Origin: Candidatus Kapaibacterium sp.
Lineage (GTDB): Bacteria; Bacteroidota; Ignavibacteria; Kapaibacteriales; UBA2268
Direction of reading: 5' to 3'
Length of the DNA: 64,000 bases
Assembly (NCBI GenBank): GCA_963665665.1
Contig: OY762428.1
Span: forward strand, 4,576,001 to 4,640,000
Part shown: positions 39,058 to 49,810 of the stretch, piece after piece
How positions within the stretch are numbered: the stretch's first letter is position 1
Layout of the letters: every line of letters starts with the position of its first letter
Position numbers and translations under genes: made by a program
Notes under the pieces: model-generated
The model's input: only the letters and a program-made list of their open reading frames with translations
The model's database searches: none
Told to the model about the DNA's origin: nothing

Positions 39058-41076
39058 TTACGCGATACCGAGTTTTTTCTGAAGACCCGAGAGTATCTCG
39101 TAGTTGTTTGCACGGACGTGAATAAATTCATCTACGCCAGCGTTCCTGAACTGATCAATATAGTCAGTAGGGTAGCCTGCAAGGATGATTGTTGCGTCCG
39201 GGTTGTCTTCCTTAACTTTTTTGGCGAAGCCTGGCACGACTTCAGGATAAACGTCGTCGGAAGAACAAATTACAACTACTCTCGAACCGGATTCTTTGAA
39301 TGCTTTGGCAGCTTGGTTTGTATCGGCGAAATCTTTGCCAATTTCAGAGATAAATCCGCCGACATTGAAAAAGTCATAAGAGAAATCAGCACGGCCTTTA
39401 TACTGGTTCAGCCTTCCGAAGCATGCGAGGTAAAGTTTTTCGAATTCGCCATTTTCAGCTTTGTATTTATCAGCGTTTTCCCTGAGTGCGGAATACATCG
39501 CAAATGCTTTGAAAGGAATCAGAGCTTCCGCTGAAACAGTTTCTTTGCCTTTATTCATAGCCGAATTAATATCGAAGATAGAAACGCCTTTTGTGGCAGC
39601 GTCAACCGCTTCTGCCATGTTATTAATATGAAGATCAGTTGATTTATATTCCGGATTGTATTCCTGAACGTTATTATTTGAAGGAACTTTTTCTTCAGTG
39701 ATATTGGAGTATTTATTTGTGCCAAGAAGAGTATCTTTTCTGGTTGCAATATTTTTCCGGCGTTTTGTAACTATTTCTTTTATCATTCCCTGGGGTATTC
39801 CATCGTTAAGAGCTTTTGCCATGCCACCGGCTTTTTCTATTTCCCTGAAAATATTCCATGCGGCTTCAGCAACTTCAGCAGTAAGTTTTTCGACGAAATA
39901 AGAGCCGCCTGCCGGGTCGGCCAGTTCATTAATATGAGTTTCTTCTTTTATCACAAGCTGTGTATTCCTTGCAATCCTTCTGGAGAAATCATTCGGAACC
40001 CTGAGGTTTTCATCGAATGATGAAACGCAGATACCCGTGCAACCACCTACGGCAGCTGAAAATACTTCGCTGGTAGCGCGAAGCATATTTGTATATGGGT
40101 CAAGATCGGATTTGTTGACTTTATTCGTCATCCCGAGAATCCTTGTTTTTGCAGATTCTTCATTGCCGTCGAATTCTTTTACTATCTTTGACCATAACAT
40201 TCTTGCAGCACGGAATTTTGCAATCTCCATGAAATAATTCGGGCCGATTGCCATGTGGAAATGGAATTTCGGTGCTATCTGATTAATGTCCAGGCCGGCT
40301 TCAACAAGATTGCCCAGATAATCAGCAGCAGTAGCCATAGCGAAACCAAGTTCCTGCACTGAATTCGATCCGGCATTGAAATAGGGGGCGGTATTAATGC
40401 CAACCACTTTGAACCCCGGAAGATTTGCATTACAGAAATCAAAGAGGTTTTTAATTTCTTCTGCTTTTTCTTCCACTGATGCGTTGATGTCGCCCTTTGT
40501 TGCCAGATCGGCAATGGGGTCGATATTAAAAGCACCGCAAATATTTTGGGAATCAATTCCATTTTTATCGCAATATGCTTTCAGCAATGCTGCAACGGCG
40601 CTTGTTTTTTCACCGGCGCGAAAGCTGAGCGGAGTGTTGATAAGATCGATACCGTCGAAGGCAGTTTCCATTTCTTCGAGCGTATTGATAAAATTCACAT
40701 GCTGCCCGTAATTCTCATCAAGTATGATGCACAGGGCGTCAACGCCTCTTGCGAGGTCATTTTTCGCTGCTTTATTGAAATCAGCCGGAGATTTATACGG
40801 TATTTCCTGTACAATTTTCCAGGATTCATCACGATAACCACCTGCAAGAGCTCCCCTAAGATAGGGATAAAACCCGGGCAGATTTTCACTGTTTTTCAGT
40901 TCAGCGATATCGTCTTGGTTATAAACCGGCTTTAAGGTAATATCTTCATAAGTTTTTGTGAAGAGTTTTTTCTCGAATGATGCTCCTTTTAGCGTCTTTT
41001 CCGCAGCTTCCCGCCATACTTCATAAGATGGCTTCTCGAATTCATCGAACGTTAACCTTGGCATTTTTTCAGACAT
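39058..41076 (-). CDS. mutA: Methylmalonyl-CoA mutase, small subunit
   Basis: Homologous but non-catalytic: YFMEIAKFRAAR, DPYTNMLRAT, DPAGGSYFVE and ICSSDDVY. Confidence 0.93.
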   Translation of the reverse strand: MSEKMPRLTFDEFEKPSYEVWREAAEKTLKGASFEKKLFTKTYEDITLKPVYNQDDIAELKNSENLPGFYPYLRGALAGGYRDESWKIVQEIPYKSPADFNKAAKNDLARGVDALCIILDENYGQHVNFINTLEEMETAFDGIDLINTPLSFRAGEKTSAVAALLKAYCDKNGIDSQNICGAFNIDPIADLATKGDINASVEEKAEEIKNLFDFCNANLPGFKVVGINTAPYFNAGSNSVQELGFAMATAADYLGNLVEAGLDINQIAPKFHFHMAIGPNYFMEIAKFRAARMLWSKIVKEFDGNEESAKTRILGMTNKVNKSDLDPYTNMLRATSEVFSAAVGGCTGICVSSFDENLRVPNDFSRRIARNTQLVIKEETHINELADPAGGSYFVEKLTAEVAEAAWNIFREIEKAGGMAKALNDGIPQGMIKEIVTKRRKNIATRKDTLLGTNKYSNITEEKVPSNNNVQEYNPEYKSTDLHINNMAEAVDAATKGVSIFDINSAMNKGKETVSAEALIPFKAFAMYSALRENADKYKAENGEFEKLYLACFGRLNQYKGRADFSYDFFNVGGFISEIGKDFADTNQAAKAFKESGSRVVVICSSDDVYPEVVPGFAKKVKEDNPDATIILAGYPTDYIDQFRNAGVDEFIHVRANNYEILSGLQKKLGIA

Positions 41077-41384
41077 AGCTCATCTTCATTTTATTCATAA
41101 AAATCAGGAAATAAAACTATTTCCATAACATCATTTACTACGATTTGAAAATTAAGAAAAATATACAACTTATAATAAAAATAATTACTCTGAAGCTGAT
41201 TTAAAATGCTAATAATTTTAAAAAAATCAATGATTATTGTAAAAATTTAATATAGGTTTCTAATTTATTGTTTTTTCAGAAATCTGTATATATCATAAGA
41301 ATATTTTTTATTTTTTTTTAAGGAAAAGATTTTTATGTTATATCCGACATTTAAAATATAATCAATTATAAATGAGTTCATAAT

Positions 41385-41618
41385 ATGTCACGAATAATAA
41401 AAATAGAATTAGACGATAAAAACTTTGATTTGCTTAGTTTTGCGGCTACAAGTGAAAAAAAAGAATTATCCGAATATATTGAATATGCAGCGCTTAAATT
41501 CGCTTTAAATGACGTATTTGTGTCAGATGAAGAAATGGTTGAAATTGAGGAAATATTTCCCGGACTTGATGAATCGCTAAATGATGTTAAAGAAGGAAAT
41601 TTTAAAATTGTTCAATGA
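41385..41618 (+). CDS. Putative antitoxin (RHH/CopG-like)
   Basis: Small acidic protein overlapping the downstream RelE-like gene. Confidence 0.7.
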   Translation: MSRIIKIELDDKNFDLLSFAATSEKKELSEYIEYAALKFALNDVFVSDEEMVEIEEIFPGLDESLNDVKEGNFKIVQ

Positions 41619-41886
41619 TTTTAATATCGCAGAAACTAAGTATTTTCAGAAAAAGATCAAACAAGGCAAATTTAAGTCTTATTATGAGAAAATTTATCGT
41701 TTTATTTATCCCCAATTGAAATCCAATCCATTCTATGGAAATAATATTAAAAAATTGAAAGGTAAATATCAAAATGTTTACCGATATAAAATTGGTAATG
41801 TAAGATTGTTTTATACAATTGAAAAAGATAGAATTATCGTTTTAGTTTTGGATATTATGCTGAGAAAAGATTCTTATAAAAATTAA
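41608..41886 (+). CDS. RelE/ParE-family toxin
   Basis: Basic protein, NPFYG.NIKKLKG...YRY.IG..RLFY.I; likely TTG start at 41608. Confidence 0.85.
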   Translation: MFNDFNIAETKYFQKKIKQGKFKSYYEKIYRFIYPQLKSNPFYGNNIKKLKGKYQNVYRYKIGNVRLFYTIEKDRIIVLVLDIMLRKDSYKN

Positions 41887-41958
41887 TTTTATAAAATTTA
41901 GCCGCTCCTAATTCGTTAATAAGACCAAAGTGATCTTATTATAAATTTGGAGAAAATA

Positions 41959-42567
41959 ATGAAAAAATCAAATATCTTAAAAATCGCAATGTTAATGGTT
42001 TTCTTTGGTATTGCTTCTGTTTATGCCAATGAAATGAAGATGTTTAAACTTGATGCAGGCAGCAGTAAAATAAAATGGACAGGGGAGAAGGTTACCGGTT
42101 CTCATCATGGAGAACTTAAATTTGATTCAGGAAACCTGGAAGTAAGCGGTGATACATTTAAAGGCGGCGCTTTTTCTACTGATATGACTTCGATCAGGGT
42201 GAACGATCTGACGGGGGAGATGAAAGGAAAATTGGAAGGACATCTGAAATCAGATGATTTCTTTTCTGTAGCCAAAAACCCGAATGCTTTTTTCGAGATT
42301 ACATCAATTACTCCCAGCTCCAAAGTTGAAGGTTTCAATTATATGGTTTCCGGTAATATGAAGATTAAGGGAATTACCAAGAAGATTACTTTCCCGGCAA
42401 AAATTGATTTTATCGGAAAGAATAAAATCAAGGCTACTGCAAAGCTTGTTATCGACAGGTCCAAGTTTGATGTCAAATACGGTTCAGGTAGCTTCTTTGA
42501 CAATCTTGGCGATAAAATGATATATGATGATTTTACTCTTGAACTTGAAATGCATTTCAGGATATAG
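41959..42567 (+). CDS. YceI-family lipid/polyisoprenoid-binding protein
   Basis: S.IKW.G.KVTG.H.G, HLKSDDFF and IDRSKFDVKYGS motifs. Confidence 0.92.
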   Translation: MKKSNILKIAMLMVFFGIASVYANEMKMFKLDAGSSKIKWTGEKVTGSHHGELKFDSGNLEVSGDTFKGGAFSTDMTSIRVNDLTGEMKGKLEGHLKSDDFFSVAKNPNAFFEITSITPSSKVEGFNYMVSGNMKIKGITKKITFPAKIDFIGKNKIKATAKLVIDRSKFDVKYGSGSFFDNLGDKMIYDDFTLELEMHFRI

Positions 42568-42692
42568 GAGCATTCAGGAGTATCAAATACTAAGCATCAA
42601 TAGAAAAAATTGCAGACCAGTAATCTTTATGGAACAACACCATCTCAGACCTTAGATCGGGATGGTGTTTTTTATAAAAATCAAAACCAAAT

Positions 42693-43778
42693 TTAATTCA
42701 GCATTCCACTTAAGAACATTACAGGGACTGATAGCCACGATGTAATTTTTTTGTTATTTACTTTTGCGGGTTTCATAACTGTTTTCCACACTGCTTCTAA
42801 TGCGGCACTATCCAGTAATTTATTACCATCAACAGTAATATAAGCATCCCGGATTGATCCGTCCCTCCAAACTAAAACATTCACATAGGCTGTTCCTTCT
42901 ATATCATTTTCAACTGCTTCTTCGGGGTATTCAATATTAGCAAGCAACTCGTGATATATCAATTCTGCTCCCTCGTCTACAGGAATAAAATCATCGGGAT
43001 TTGGAACTTTCTTCATGATTTTTTTAAAAAAAGGGTCATTTTTCTTAAAATCAATAGAAATAGTTGTCCAATAATTAATCGTTGTATCACTCCTCAAGGC
43101 TGGTATATGGCGGGATTTGAATACTGCCTGCAAAGAAATCTGATCAAATAGCGGAGATGTACTTTCTTCAATGAATGCACGCTGAACCATCCCGTCTTTT
43201 CTAATTAACGCCTTGATTTTTACATTTCCCTCAACATTGTTCTCCCAGGCCTTATAAGGATATACCAGATATTTCTGAATTTTTTTGAATAATATCCTGG
43301 GTTCTTTATCGCAAAATACTGAGTCATCCACATCCGGATATGGGCCAAGTTTTATTCCCTTCAAATACTTTTTATAATTTTTTTCTCTCTTTACCCTAGC
43401 AGATTTCACAACAAATTGCTCCTCGCCTCCACGAAGAACAAAATTAATCGGAATTACAACCTTGCACTCGACGGGAGTTGTATCTTCATATGCCGGTGTA
43501 AACTTACCCTTTTTAATAGCCATGATAGCATTTTTATTAAGTAATGGCGAATCGGAATATTCAATTCTGAAATCCTTGGGCCTTCCTGTAGTATCAATAA
43601 CTATCTCAACCAGTACTTTACCTTCTACTCCCGCTTTTCTGGCTATTACGGGATAGACAACATTGTCCCCGATGAGATCAATATCTGCCATTGGTGGAGT
43701 TGTTATATCATCAGCATAAGAATTATTCCCACTATTCAATAATACGAATAATGATAATATTGCAAATATTAACTTCAT
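42693..43778 (-). CDS. Protein with three tandem TonB C-terminal domains
   Basis: Three YP..A....EG.V.V...I...G repeats after a signal-like N-terminus. Confidence 0.85.
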   Translation of the reverse strand: MKLIFAILSLFVLLNSGNNSYADDITTPPMADIDLIGDNVVYPVIARKAGVEGKVLVEIVIDTTGRPKDFRIEYSDSPLLNKNAIMAIKKGKFTPAYEDTTPVECKVVIPINFVLRGGEEQFVVKSARVKREKNYKKYLKGIKLGPYPDVDDSVFCDKEPRILFKKIQKYLVYPYKAWENNVEGNVKIKALIRKDGMVQRAFIEESTSPLFDQISLQAVFKSRHIPALRSDTTINYWTTISIDFKKNDPFFKKIMKKVPNPDDFIPVDEGAELIYHELLANIEYPEEAVENDIEGTAYVNVLVWRDGSIRDAYITVDGNKLLDSAALEAVWKTVMKPAKVNNKKITSWLSVPVMFLSGMLN

Positions 43779-43807
43779 AAATTCCCCAATAATATCTAAA
43801 TTTCTCT

Positions 43808-44389
43808 TTATTCTTCGGTAATCCCATCTTTGAAAAGCTCGTACCACTCCTCAACTTTTATTACCTCGTAGATTTTAAGGTATATCATTATTTCCCTGGC
43901 AAATTCAAGGCTTGCCGTTCCGTTTGCGGTAATAATCGCATCATCCACTACACAGGAAATTTTCTGATAATTGGCATCACCCGTATATGTTTCTGACTTT
44001 TCTTTTAAATATGCCAGCCCGTTGCTTGTATGCTTGGTATTATTCAGAAATCCCAGGTTGGCAAGGTAAACAGTAGCACCACAAATCCCGGCAATAGGAA
44101 CTCTCATCGATCTTGCCTTTTCGATATATTTATCGAGTCCTTTTATTCCTTTATTTTCCCAGGCATCACCTCCCGGAATAATGATCATTCCGGCATTTTG
44201 ATAATCAATTTCATTAGCTTTAAGGTCGGGCATAATTGTAAGTCCACCCATAGATTTCAGTGGTAACCTGTCGATAGAAAAAGTTTTCAAATCATAATTT
44301 TCATTTTTTTGAATTTCCGGCATCAGGTGCGCAATTTCCCAGTCGCTGTATCCATCGAACAGAAAGAAATAGACTTTCTTTTTTGTCAT
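43808..44389 (-). CDS. DJ-1/PfpI family protein
   Basis: DG..DWE, SMGGL, IPGG, GICGA nucleophile elbow and IITANG. Confidence 0.9.
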   Translation of the reverse strand: MTKKKVYFFLFDGYSDWEIAHLMPEIQKNENYDLKTFSIDRLPLKSMGGLTIMPDLKANEIDYQNAGMIIIPGGDAWENKGIKGLDKYIEKARSMRVPIAGICGATVYLANLGFLNNTKHTSNGLAYLKEKSETYTGDANYQKISCVVDDAIITANGTASLEFAREIMIYLKIYEVIKVEEWYELFKDGITEE

Positions 44390-44669
44390 TATAAGAGCCT
44401 CACGTTACATTACAAAATGAAAAGACAACACAGGGGCGTAATCAAATTTCAACATTAAAATATAAGAAAAAAAAATCAAAAAGACAATTGAAATCATGCT
44501 TCAATCAATATTTTTAAATATTGAAAATCACGAGTATGATTCATTGGTAACGAATACAGCATCAAGTTGCCGGTGAATAACCCACCGACCTCGCCCGGCA
44601 TAGTTCAATTATCAAATTTCATTTCACTATGTTCATGAAAAATATTTCTCAGCAATAAAGTATACTGTC

Positions 44670-45419
44670 TTATAATACTTCGTTTTCACCTTTTAAAAAC
44701 TCTCTTATCTCTTTCCAGGAAGAAAGTTCAATATCAGCTATCGTGGAGCCGCCTTTTTTGAATGCGGGGTGAGAAGTGTCGTCACCACTGAATTTGATTG
44801 CTTTCATACCAATGTTCTTTGCCCCCTTAATGTCAGTTTCTTCAATGTCTCCGATATGAAGTGCATTTTCGGGTTTGCATTTTAATTTATCAAGGACTGT
44901 ACTGAAAGCTTTCTCATGAGGTTTGGAAACACCGGTTTCATCGCTGAAGCTAAAAGCACTGAAATAATCAAAAATTTCTTCTTTATATAATAATTCCCTC
45001 AATATCGAACCAGGTGAAAAACCGGTATCAGAAACAATTGCAAGCTGATATATTTTAGAAAGTTTCTTCATTGACTTCCTAACGCCTTTAATTATGCTCG
45101 GAGGGTATTTGATTATGCAATTCTCAAAAGCATCGACTATTGTATCAAGCGCTCTTTGATCCGGAGGTATTTGCAGGTAATCCCAGAAAAATTCCACCGT
45201 CTCATACGGAGACGGGGTTCGCATGTCATTCTTCCATATATGATCGAAAAATTCCCACGATGCCTGCATAGCGTCTTTTAAATCGCTCATGTCAACTGTT
45301 TTGCCAAGTCTTGCTATTTCCTTAAGAAGGGCTTCCTGTCTGTAAGTATTTCTTAATTTACCATTACTTGAATCAAATAGTGTGTTCCAGAAATCAATTG
45401 TAATTACTTTTATTTCCAT
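44670..45419 (-). CDS. HAD-superfamily hydrolase
   Basis: IDFWNTL motif I, VSDT, KP and HIGD...DI.GA. Confidence 0.9.
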   Translation of the reverse strand: MEIKVITIDFWNTLFDSSNGKLRNTYRQEALLKEIARLGKTVDMSDLKDAMQASWEFFDHIWKNDMRTPSPYETVEFFWDYLQIPPDQRALDTIVDAFENCIIKYPPSIIKGVRKSMKKLSKIYQLAIVSDTGFSPGSILRELLYKEEIFDYFSAFSFSDETGVSKPHEKAFSTVLDKLKCKPENALHIGDIEETDIKGAKNIGMKAIKFSGDDTSHPAFKKGGSTIADIELSSWKEIREFLKGENEVL

Positions 45420-45590
45420 TTCTTTTCGATTGTCATTGTTGCAAAAAAACTAATTTAGACTATCCTAAAACAAAAAACAAAAATCTTTTGGATTTATTTG
45501 AAACATTTTTAATATTTGTATCGTTAAGAAAATTGTTAACGATAATAACTTTAATTGCAATTAAATAATTGATAACGAAGGACGGGTGCT

Positions 45591-46118
45591 ATGACTGTTA
45601 AAACAAAACTTGAAGTTGAAGACCATATCGCGAATGAATTCGGGCATTACTTAGAGATGATGGGAGCAAAAGCCACGTTAGGAAGAATATGGGGTTTGTT
45701 GCTTACGCAGAGCAAACCAATGTCTCTTAAAGATATAGCATTCAGGCTTAACGTATCGAAACCGGCTGTTAGCACAACAATTAAGATCGGCGCTCAACTT
45801 GAATTATTTAAGAAAGTATATAATCCTGAGTTTCCGAGGGAGAGTTTCTATGAAGTAAAAGTTGAATTCATGGAAATGATAATAGATCCGGGATTAAAAA
45901 AACTTAAAATTTTGACGGACCAGGTAAAAAGATCAATTTCCAAAATTGAGGAGGTAGATTATAAAAAAGACAAAGATCTGCTTGAACTTCATGAAAGAAT
46001 GAGCTTTTTGTATGAAGCATTTGAAATAATTAACGAAGAATATATTGAATTTGGCAACAGGTTCGTCACACGCCTGCGGGAAGCCAAGAAAAACAGAAAG
46101 AAAGGAGACTTAAAATGA
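45591..46118 (+). CDS. GbsR/MarR-family transcriptional regulator
   Basis: GRIWGLLL..KPMSL.DIA.RL.VSKPAVS wHTH; heads an ABC operon. Confidence 0.85.
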   Translation: MTVKTKLEVEDHIANEFGHYLEMMGAKATLGRIWGLLLTQSKPMSLKDIAFRLNVSKPAVSTTIKIGAQLELFKKVYNPEFPRESFYEVKVEFMEMIIDPGLKKLKILTDQVKRSISKIEEVDYKKDKDLLELHERMSFLYEAFEIINEEYIEFGNRFVTRLREAKKNRKKGDLK

Positions 46119-46852
46119 AATATCTATTAGTAGCAGCTACTTTTATTCTCATGTCCGCATGGGCATCGGCACAGGATGCATACGAGATCATTAAAAAATC
46201 CGAAGAGCAGTATAAGGGCGAAAGCAGTAGTGGAACATTTGCAATGAAAGTTGTAACCCCCGACTACGAAAGAGTCGTTGAAATGAAATCATGGTGGGTT
46301 GGTAATGACAAAGCTTTGGTAATTATCACTTCGCCAAAAAAGGAAAAGGGCAACAAAACCCTGAAAATTGGCAATGAAATGTGGAATTACCTGAAAAATG
46401 CCGAGAAAACTATCAAGATACCACCATCGATGATGCTTATGTCCTGGAACGGATCAGACCTGACGAATGATGACCTGGTAAGGGAAAGCAAATTAATTGA
46501 TGACTATAACCTAAGATATATGTTCGATGAAAAAATTGGCAATGAGGATTGCTGGAAAATCGAACTTAAACCAAAACCGGATGCCCCGGTTGTTTGGGGA
46601 AAATTATATTACTGGGTAAGGAAATCAGATAACCTTCCTGCTTTGATACAATTCTATGATGAAAGAGGCGAACTGCACAGGACAATGAAGTTTTCTAAAT
46701 TCAAAGTTATGGGCGGCAGAAAAATTCCTTCGGTATGGACAATTATCAGCAATAAGAAGGAGAATCACTACACTCAATTCATATATAAAGAAATTGATTT
46801 TGACGCGAAGATACCAGATAGAATATTCTCATTCAGGGAACTTGAAAGATAA
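46115..46852 (+). CDS. Outer-membrane lipoprotein-sorting (LolA-like) protein
   Basis: SP.KEKG..TLK...MWNY...IKIPPSMM..SW.GSD.TNDDL. Confidence 0.88.
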   Translation: MKYLLVAATFILMSAWASAQDAYEIIKKSEEQYKGESSSGTFAMKVVTPDYERVVEMKSWWVGNDKALVIITSPKKEKGNKTLKIGNEMWNYLKNAEKTIKIPPSMMLMSWNGSDLTNDDLVRESKLIDDYNLRYMFDEKIGNEDCWKIELKPKPDAPVVWGKLYYWVRKSDNLPALIQFYDERGELHRTMKFSKFKVMGGRKIPSVWTIISNKKENHYTQFIYKEIDFDAKIPDRIFSFRELER

Positions 46853-46875
46853 TTATTTAATACGAGGCAATAGAA

Positions 46876-48378
46876 ATGAAATTAATTTTAAAGCTTGCCT
46901 GGAGAAACCTTTTCCGTAACTGGCGGCGCTCGTTGATAACCATAATTGCCGTATTCTTCGCTTCCTTCCTGGCAGTGGGAATGAGAGGAATGCAAATAGG
47001 CACATACGACGCCAATATCAGGAACATGGTTAATATCTATAACGGATATATCCAGATACAGAAGCTGGGATACAAAGAAAATCCCTCACTGAATAAAAGC
47101 ATTAAGTATGATGATAAGCTAATTCAAAGTATCAAATCAGTAGATGGAGTAGAAGCATATTCCAGGCGTATTCAATCTGAAGGATTGATTGGCTTCGGAT
47201 CGAACACAAACGGTGTATTGATTGCGGGAATTGATCCCGTGAACGAGGCAAAAACTACAAGCCTGTCGCAAAAGATAATGACCGTTAGTATGAAATCTGC
47301 CATTCTGGATATTTCTGTTCCCGAGCATTATAGGGAAGAAATTTTCAGGAGATTTTTAAAGGTCAGCAGGGAAAAATTCGCTGATAATTCCGATGCTCAA
47401 AAATCATCCGAACTGATTAAAAATTATCTTCTGATGAGAGATAAGACCAAGATCAGGAATAAAATACTTGATTCACTCAGCGATTCTTATTCTTCACTGA
47501 TTTCCGATATCGAGAAATTTGACAGTAAATACGGTTTGCAGATAAAAACAGGCAGGATGGTAAAACCCGGATATCAGGATATAAACGAAATGGTTCTGGG
47601 ATATAAATTGATGAAGAACCTGAAAGCAACTATCGGCGATACTGTAGTAGGGCTTTCGCAGGGATTCGACGGTTCGATGGGAAATATGAAATTCCGTATT
47701 GTCGGCGCTTCAAAAACAGGAATTGACGAATTCGACAGGCTTAGCTGTTTTATTAATATTGATGCTGCTGAAGAACTCTTTGCCATGCACAACAGGGCAA
47801 CAGCGGTAGTTGTTAAAATTGACGCTTTGAAAAATATGCCGGAAATTAAAAATTCATTGTCGGATAATTTGGCTGATACAGAGTATATTGTACTGGATTG
47901 GACAGAATTAATGCCGGATTTCAAGCAGTCGATAGAGTTTGATAATATTACAGGTATCCTGACACTTGCAATATTGGTTATTATCGTGGCATTCGGTATA
48001 CTTAATACACTGCTAATGTCGATAACAGAACGATTCAGGGAATTCGGGGTAATGCTTTCGCTTGGAACCAGCAACGGACTGCTTGTCCGGGTGGTTTTCT
48101 TCGAAATGGTGTTTATTACAATTATCGGTCTCTTTTTCGGAAACATTGCTGCTTTTGGCGTGAATAGCTGGCTGGCAGCGAATCCCATCGAACTTGGCGG
48201 GCACTACGCTGAAATGATGGCAGAAACAGGATTCCTGCCATTGATGTTCTCGACTACTGATTTCGGTGTTTTCTTCAGGCCCTCGATCCTGATATTCTTT
48301 GTATCCTTCCTTACGTTTATTTACCCGGCTTTCAGATTGTTCCACTTAGAAGCATTGAAAGGAATAAGGTACACCTGA
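46876..48378 (+). CDS. ABC transporter permease (LolE/MacB-FtsX family) with internal insertion
   Basis: LAWRNL.RN.RRS and GILNT.LMS..ER.REFG. Confidence 0.9.
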   Translation: MKLILKLAWRNLFRNWRRSLITIIAVFFASFLAVGMRGMQIGTYDANIRNMVNIYNGYIQIQKLGYKENPSLNKSIKYDDKLIQSIKSVDGVEAYSRRIQSEGLIGFGSNTNGVLIAGIDPVNEAKTTSLSQKIMTVSMKSAILDISVPEHYREEIFRRFLKVSREKFADNSDAQKSSELIKNYLLMRDKTKIRNKILDSLSDSYSSLISDIEKFDSKYGLQIKTGRMVKPGYQDINEMVLGYKLMKNLKATIGDTVVGLSQGFDGSMGNMKFRIVGASKTGIDEFDRLSCFINIDAAEELFAMHNRATAVVVKIDALKNMPEIKNSLSDNLADTEYIVLDWTELMPDFKQSIEFDNITGILTLAILVIIVAFGILNTLLMSITERFREFGVMLSLGTSNGLLVRVVFFEMVFITIIGLFFGNIAAFGVNSWLAANPIELGGHYAEMMAETGFLPLMFSTTDFGVFFRPSILIFFVSFLTFIYPAFRLFHLEALKGIRYT

Positions 48379-49592
48379 TGATACTAAAAATAGCATGGAG
48401 AAATTTGTGGAGAAACAAGCGCAGGTCGGTGATAGTACTTACATCAGTTGTTGTGGGAGTGGCAATGCTTATGTTCAACGACAGCCTGATGAACGGAATG
48501 GTTCACCAGATGCTCCACAACCAGATTAAGATGGATGTTACTCATACGCAGATACACAAAACCGGATTCAGGAATAACAAGGTGATTGAAAATTCGATTG
48601 ATAATCCGCAAAAAGCCGTTAAACTTCTTGAAAACAACAATGCAGTAAAGGCATTCGGACAAAGGGTAATTTCATTCGGGCTGGTAAGTTCTGCGAGTAA
48701 TTCCGGTGGCGTTGCCATATATGGAGTTAATCCGGAAAAAGAAAAACAGATGACGGATATTTATTCCTCGATAATTGACGGTAAATATCTCGGATCCGGA
48801 AGAAACGAAATAATAATAGGGAAAAAACTTGCCGAGAAACTCGACGTTATGGTAGGCGATAAAATGGTTGCAATAGCTGCGGATATTGACGGAGAAGTAA
48901 GCTCCGAGCTATTCCGTGTAGCCGGAATTTTCAAAACTGCAAGCTCGGAATTCGATAAAAGCAGGGTTTACGTATCAATTCCTGTCTTGCAAAATATGCT
49001 TTCAATGGGGAATAAAGTATCTGAAATAGCAGTAATATTGGAAGATTACCAGCAAAGCATACCCTTTGCTGAAGAACTTGGTAAAGAGCTTGACAGCGAT
49101 TTCGAAGTCAGCCCCTGGCAGGATATTATCCCAATGCTGGTGGCATATTCCGAAGGCTACAGGCAAATGGTTATGATATTTTACCTGATAATCGGCCTGG
49201 CAGTAATATTCGGAGTAATAAACACAATGCTTATGTCGGTTTTCGAAAGGGTCCAGGAATTCGGCGTACTGATGTCAATCGGCATGAAGAACGGAAAAAT
49301 ATTCAGGATGGTACTGCTCGAAGCATTCATGCTGGGAATTACCGGTACTTTCTTCGGGATGATAGCAGGCTACCTGCTTCACCTGCCAATAATGGAAAGC
49401 GGTATCGATCTCAGTTTATTCTCGGAAAGTATGGCTTCATTCGGCATGAACAGCGTAATACATCCCAGACTTTCAGCGGAAGTGATATTAAATTCAGCGC
49501 TAATTATTCCTGTTATGTCAGTACTTGCAGCATCATACCCGGCTTGGAAGGCTATAAAATTACAGCCTACCGAAGCAATGAGATACGTGTAG
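48378..49592 (+). CDS. ABC transporter permease (LolE/MacB-FtsX family)
   Basis: IAWRNLWRNKRRS and GVINTMLMSVFERVQEFG. Confidence 0.9.
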   Translation: MILKIAWRNLWRNKRRSVIVLTSVVVGVAMLMFNDSLMNGMVHQMLHNQIKMDVTHTQIHKTGFRNNKVIENSIDNPQKAVKLLENNNAVKAFGQRVISFGLVSSASNSGGVAIYGVNPEKEKQMTDIYSSIIDGKYLGSGRNEIIIGKKLAEKLDVMVGDKMVAIAADIDGEVSSELFRVAGIFKTASSEFDKSRVYVSIPVLQNMLSMGNKVSEIAVILEDYQQSIPFAEELGKELDSDFEVSPWQDIIPMLVAYSEGYRQMVMIFYLIIGLAVIFGVINTMLMSVFERVQEFGVLMSIGMKNGKIFRMVLLEAFMLGITGTFFGMIAGYLLHLPIMESGIDLSLFSESMASFGMNSVIHPRLSAEVILNSALIIPVMSVLAASYPAWKAIKLQPTEAMRYV

Positions 49593-49810
49593 GAAATTGA
49601 AAATTTATCTTTTTAAACTTCCAGCACTCTTTGAAGAAGGAGTTAAGAGCGAAGGGATAAATACATAAGTTTGTCACTCTGAGCGAAGCGAAGAAACCAT
49701 TCTTCAGGTAAAGAAACAAAAAATTGATTCTTCAGTCGCTTCGCTCCATCAGAATGACTTAAATATTAAAAATATTACTTGAATTGTAAAACAATATATA
49801 TCGATCAAAA

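Noticed and set aside
41077-41384. Cobalamin riboswitch upstream of mutAB
   Set aside because: The region is very AT-rich with no recognisable B12-box or conserved stems.
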